From: a virus
Lineage: Duplodnaviria > Heunggongvirae > Uroviricota > Caudoviricetes
Strand: one strand, 5' to 3'
Virus record (IMG/VR): IMGVR_UViG_3300001687_000020
DNA length: 45,879 bases
Below, piece by piece: positions 44,008 to 45,879 of the stretch (its first letter is position 1; each line of letters opens with the position of its first letter). A program made the translations under genes and the position numbers. Under the pieces are notes generated by a model, which saw only the letters and a list, made by a program, of their open reading frames with translations, searched no databases and was not told the DNA's origin.

Positions 44008-44020
44008 TAGTAATATGTTC
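44008..44020 (-). promoter_or_regulatory. Putative late promoter GAACA-TATTAC-TA
   Basis: Plus strand tagtaatatgttc, just upstream of the AAGGAGG RBS of 43493-43993. Confidence 0.75.
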
Positions 44021-44045
44021 TAAGCTTAATAGATATAAAAAAAGA

Positions 44046-44062
44046 GAACTATATATATTAAT
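44046..44062 (+). promoter_or_regulatory. Putative early promoter motif AACTATATATATTAATA
   Basis: Mirrors 29438-29456; precedes the second plus block. Confidence 0.5.
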
Positions 44063-44122
44063 ATATGGATATATTTAGTAATGAGTTGTCGCCTTTAATT
44101 AATTGAAATAAGGGAGACAAAT

Positions 44123-44224
44123 ATGGATTCATTATATTGGAGTTTATCTTATTTGGCTTACATAGGTATATTAGTCATCTTAGGATGGATTATTATACCT
44201 GGCCAAAAGGATGGGGGGAAGTAA
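44123..44224 (+). CDS. 33-aa single-TM micro-protein, absent from ORF track
   Basis: RBS AGGGAG; MDSLYWSLSYLAYIGILVILGWIIIPGQKDGGK. Confidence 0.65.
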   Translation: MDSLYWSLSYLAYIGILVILGWIIIPGQKDGGK

Positions 44225-44267
44225 TTTTTTATGACTTTCCCCCGTAGGTTTTTGAAAGGATTGGGTT

Positions 44268-44540
44268 ATGAAAAAATTTACTAGGATAGCTTTAAAATCT
44301 TTATATCTTATCTGGTTATTGATAACTGAACCAATAATGGTTCCTATTTGGTATAGTTCTATAGTTATTTTCATTATTGTTTATGATGGATATAAGCATA
44401 TAAATAAACCTACTATATATGATTTTATTATAACACCCTTAGTCATAGTGGGTTCTTATTTAGCTTTATATGGCTTATATTTTTCTTACCGGGATTTAAT
44501 GGATAAAAGAAAGAAAGAGAAGGAGAAAACAACAGTATGA
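44268..44540 (+). CDS. Membrane protein
   Basis: 90 aa with 2-3 hydrophobic helices and a basic tail. Confidence 0.7.
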   Translation: MKKFTRIALKSLYLIWLLITEPIMVPIWYSSIVIFIIVYDGYKHINKPTIYDFIITPLVIVGSYLALYGLYFSYRDLMDKRKKEKEKTTV

Positions 44541-45091
44541 TGATTTCAAGAAGGAAAGAACGAGGAGACCCAATCGAGATAAGAAAATCAAGATTTGGGG
44601 CGGTTGAACGAAAAAGGAAATCAGGTCATAAAGAATCATATACGATAATATTAAGAGTTCCTGAAATCCTTAACTATGCTTGCCTTTTTACATGTCTTCA
44701 CGAACTGGGTCATATATATTACGATCATTGGGTACTTTTACATAGACATAAAGATAAGAGTTTTGAGTGTGAGAATGACTTTACTTGGGAAAAAGAATCA
44801 CCTTTAATGATAGGCATTCAAGAAGTTCAAGCATGGAAATATGCTATATCATGTATTAAAGATGATTATAAACCTTTGATTATAAGATTCGCAATTGGAC
44901 ATTGCCTTACTAATAGGCTTGATATCTTGACAGATATCGAACGGAAAATCATTATGTCTTATTTCTTAGATACTATAACTTTAGCTTATCCAAAAGTTCG
45001 GATAATATTTAAGCAAGTAATTGATAAATATTTTGCTGAAGTTATTTCAGAGAAATCTTTTATCAAATTTCCTAAAAAAGGAGGTAAATAA
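44537..45091 (+). CDS. Zincin-like metallopeptidase (HExxH)
   Basis: CLHELGHIYY and downstream EVQAWKYA; IrrE/ImmA-like arrangement. Confidence 0.75.
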   Translation: MMISRRKERGDPIEIRKSRFGAVERKRKSGHKESYTIILRVPEILNYACLFTCLHELGHIYYDHWVLLHRHKDKSFECENDFTWEKESPLMIGIQEVQAWKYAISCIKDDYKPLIIRFAIGHCLTNRLDILTDIERKIIMSYFLDTITLAYPKVRIIFKQVIDKYFAEVISEKSFIKFPKKGGK

Positions 45092-45093
45092 AA

Positions 45094-45615
45094 GTGGATG
45101 AGAAAGATAAAGAAAAATTATTAGAGTTTTATGAAGGTCTTACTTATGATCAACTTCTTAATTTATACTTTGATAGTTTAAAAAAGGAGTTACGTGAATT
45201 ACAGGATCTTCTTGACAACAAGAAGATAGATTTAGATAGACTTCGGAACTTAATCATTAATTTACGATATGCTTCCCTCCAAGAGGGAAGAAAGGAAATA
45301 ACTTCAATTTTACGTGACGATCAGTGTTTACTTTCTCATAACCAAAAAAATCCTGACAGAGATCTAATAAAGATAGCGAATTTCAAAAATGTTATTTACT
45401 CAAATGAAAGAGGTGATATCAAGAGACTGCCTAGTATGATTTGGAGAATAAAGGAAGAAGTTGTAGATTTAAACTCTGATGTTATGAAAAAGTTACAAAA
45501 TTATTTTGAATTGATGCATAAAAGGAGAGAAAAAAAGTATGATGATTTTAAGCAGGAAAGATCGAGATGCCTTAGTCGAGATAAGACAAGGAATAGTAAA
45601 AGATCAAGTACTTAA
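45094..45615 (+). CDS. Hypothetical coiled-coil protein
   Basis: 173 aa; GTG start after GGAGG. Confidence 0.7.
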   Translation: MDEKDKEKLLEFYEGLTYDQLLNLYFDSLKKELRELQDLLDNKKIDLDRLRNLIINLRYASLQEGRKEITSILRDDQCLLSHNQKNPDRDLIKIANFKNVIYSNERGDIKRLPSMIWRIKEEVVDLNSDVMKKLQNYFELMHKRREKKYDDFKQERSRCLSRDKTRNSKRSST

Positions 45616-45879
45616 TAACTTAATCGATAAGAATAAAATTAACCTACAAAGGTTAAAAGAAACTCTTCTTGATCGAGTTAATGAGATTGATAGGATAAAG
45701 AGAGATATCAAAGTCCAGATAACTATGGCCCATGAAGATTGGAAAGCAAAGGTTGAAGATTTAGATAGAGTATGGCTCAGAAAGGCTAAGGATAAGATAA
45801 ATCACCTTACTGTAGAGAGAGATACTCTAACTATAATTATAGGAAGGATAAATAAACAAATAAAGGCTTTTAGGAGGGA
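45539..45879 (+). CDS. Hypothetical coiled-coil protein (3' truncated by window)
   Basis: ATG 45539 after GGAG; MMILSRKDRDALVEIRQ... open to the window end; overlaps previous ORF by 77 nt. Confidence 0.7.
   Translation, partial: MMILSRKDRDALVEIRQGIVKDQVLNNLIDKNKINLQRLKETLLDRVNEIDRIKRDIKVQITMAHEDWKAKVEDLDRVWLRKAKDKINHLTVERDTLTIIIGRINKQIKAFRR

Noticed and set aside
29015-44374. Other shadow ORFs (29015-29251, 34161-34403, 36280-36495, 36934-37191, 37237-37506, 37628-37825, 40834-41085, 41052-41270, 41458-41709, 44180-44374)
   Set aside because: They overlap coupled genes that have clear RBSs or family motifs.
1-45879. Stop-codon reassignment
   Set aside because: Standard code gives high coding density, full-length sheath and fibre genes, and TAA, TAG and TGA all end coupled genes.
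1-45879. Archaeal virus origin
   Set aside because: An intact M15 peptidoglycan peptidase and spanin/holin-like genes point to a bacterial host.
1-45879. tRNA or rRNA genes
   Set aside because: No cloverleaf with T-loop GTTCGA and D-loop signatures found in the few intergenic gaps; a tRNAscan-SE run would confirm.

Overview
AT-rich (about 30-35% GC by eye) segment of a large myovirus/jumbo-type bacteriophage, translated with the standard code and strong GGAGG ribosome-binding sites. 1-29.35 kb (minus strand) is a late/structural block: T4 gp19-like tail tube, tail sheath, baseplate/collar proteins, several large tail-fibre-like proteins with a chaperone, holin/spanin-like membrane proteins, an M15 peptidase endolysin and a DHH phosphoesterase, with accessory genes inserted. 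29.5-42.6 kb (plus strand) is an early-type block of about 27 tandem, highly diverged paralogues sharing a (I/L)Y-x-x-YL-x-x-x-K helix motif, followed by a cluster of membrane-anchored proteins. A short minus-strand island (42.7-44.0 kb) and a second plus block end the window. Most notable: (1) six intergenic GAACA-N6-T(A/G) motifs matching the late-promoter consensus of jumbo phage AR9; (2) two accessory cassettes bracketed by long-range inverted repeats whose downstream arm runs into U6 and then a late promoter, i.e. terminator-like stems with whole genes in the loop, next to an ordinary short-loop version; (3) a 280-bp non-coding palindromic element nested in one cassette; (4) the large paralogue array. 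No tRNA, rRNA, CRISPR array, integrase, transposase or reverse transcriptase was seen. All family assignments are from motif recognition, not database searches.
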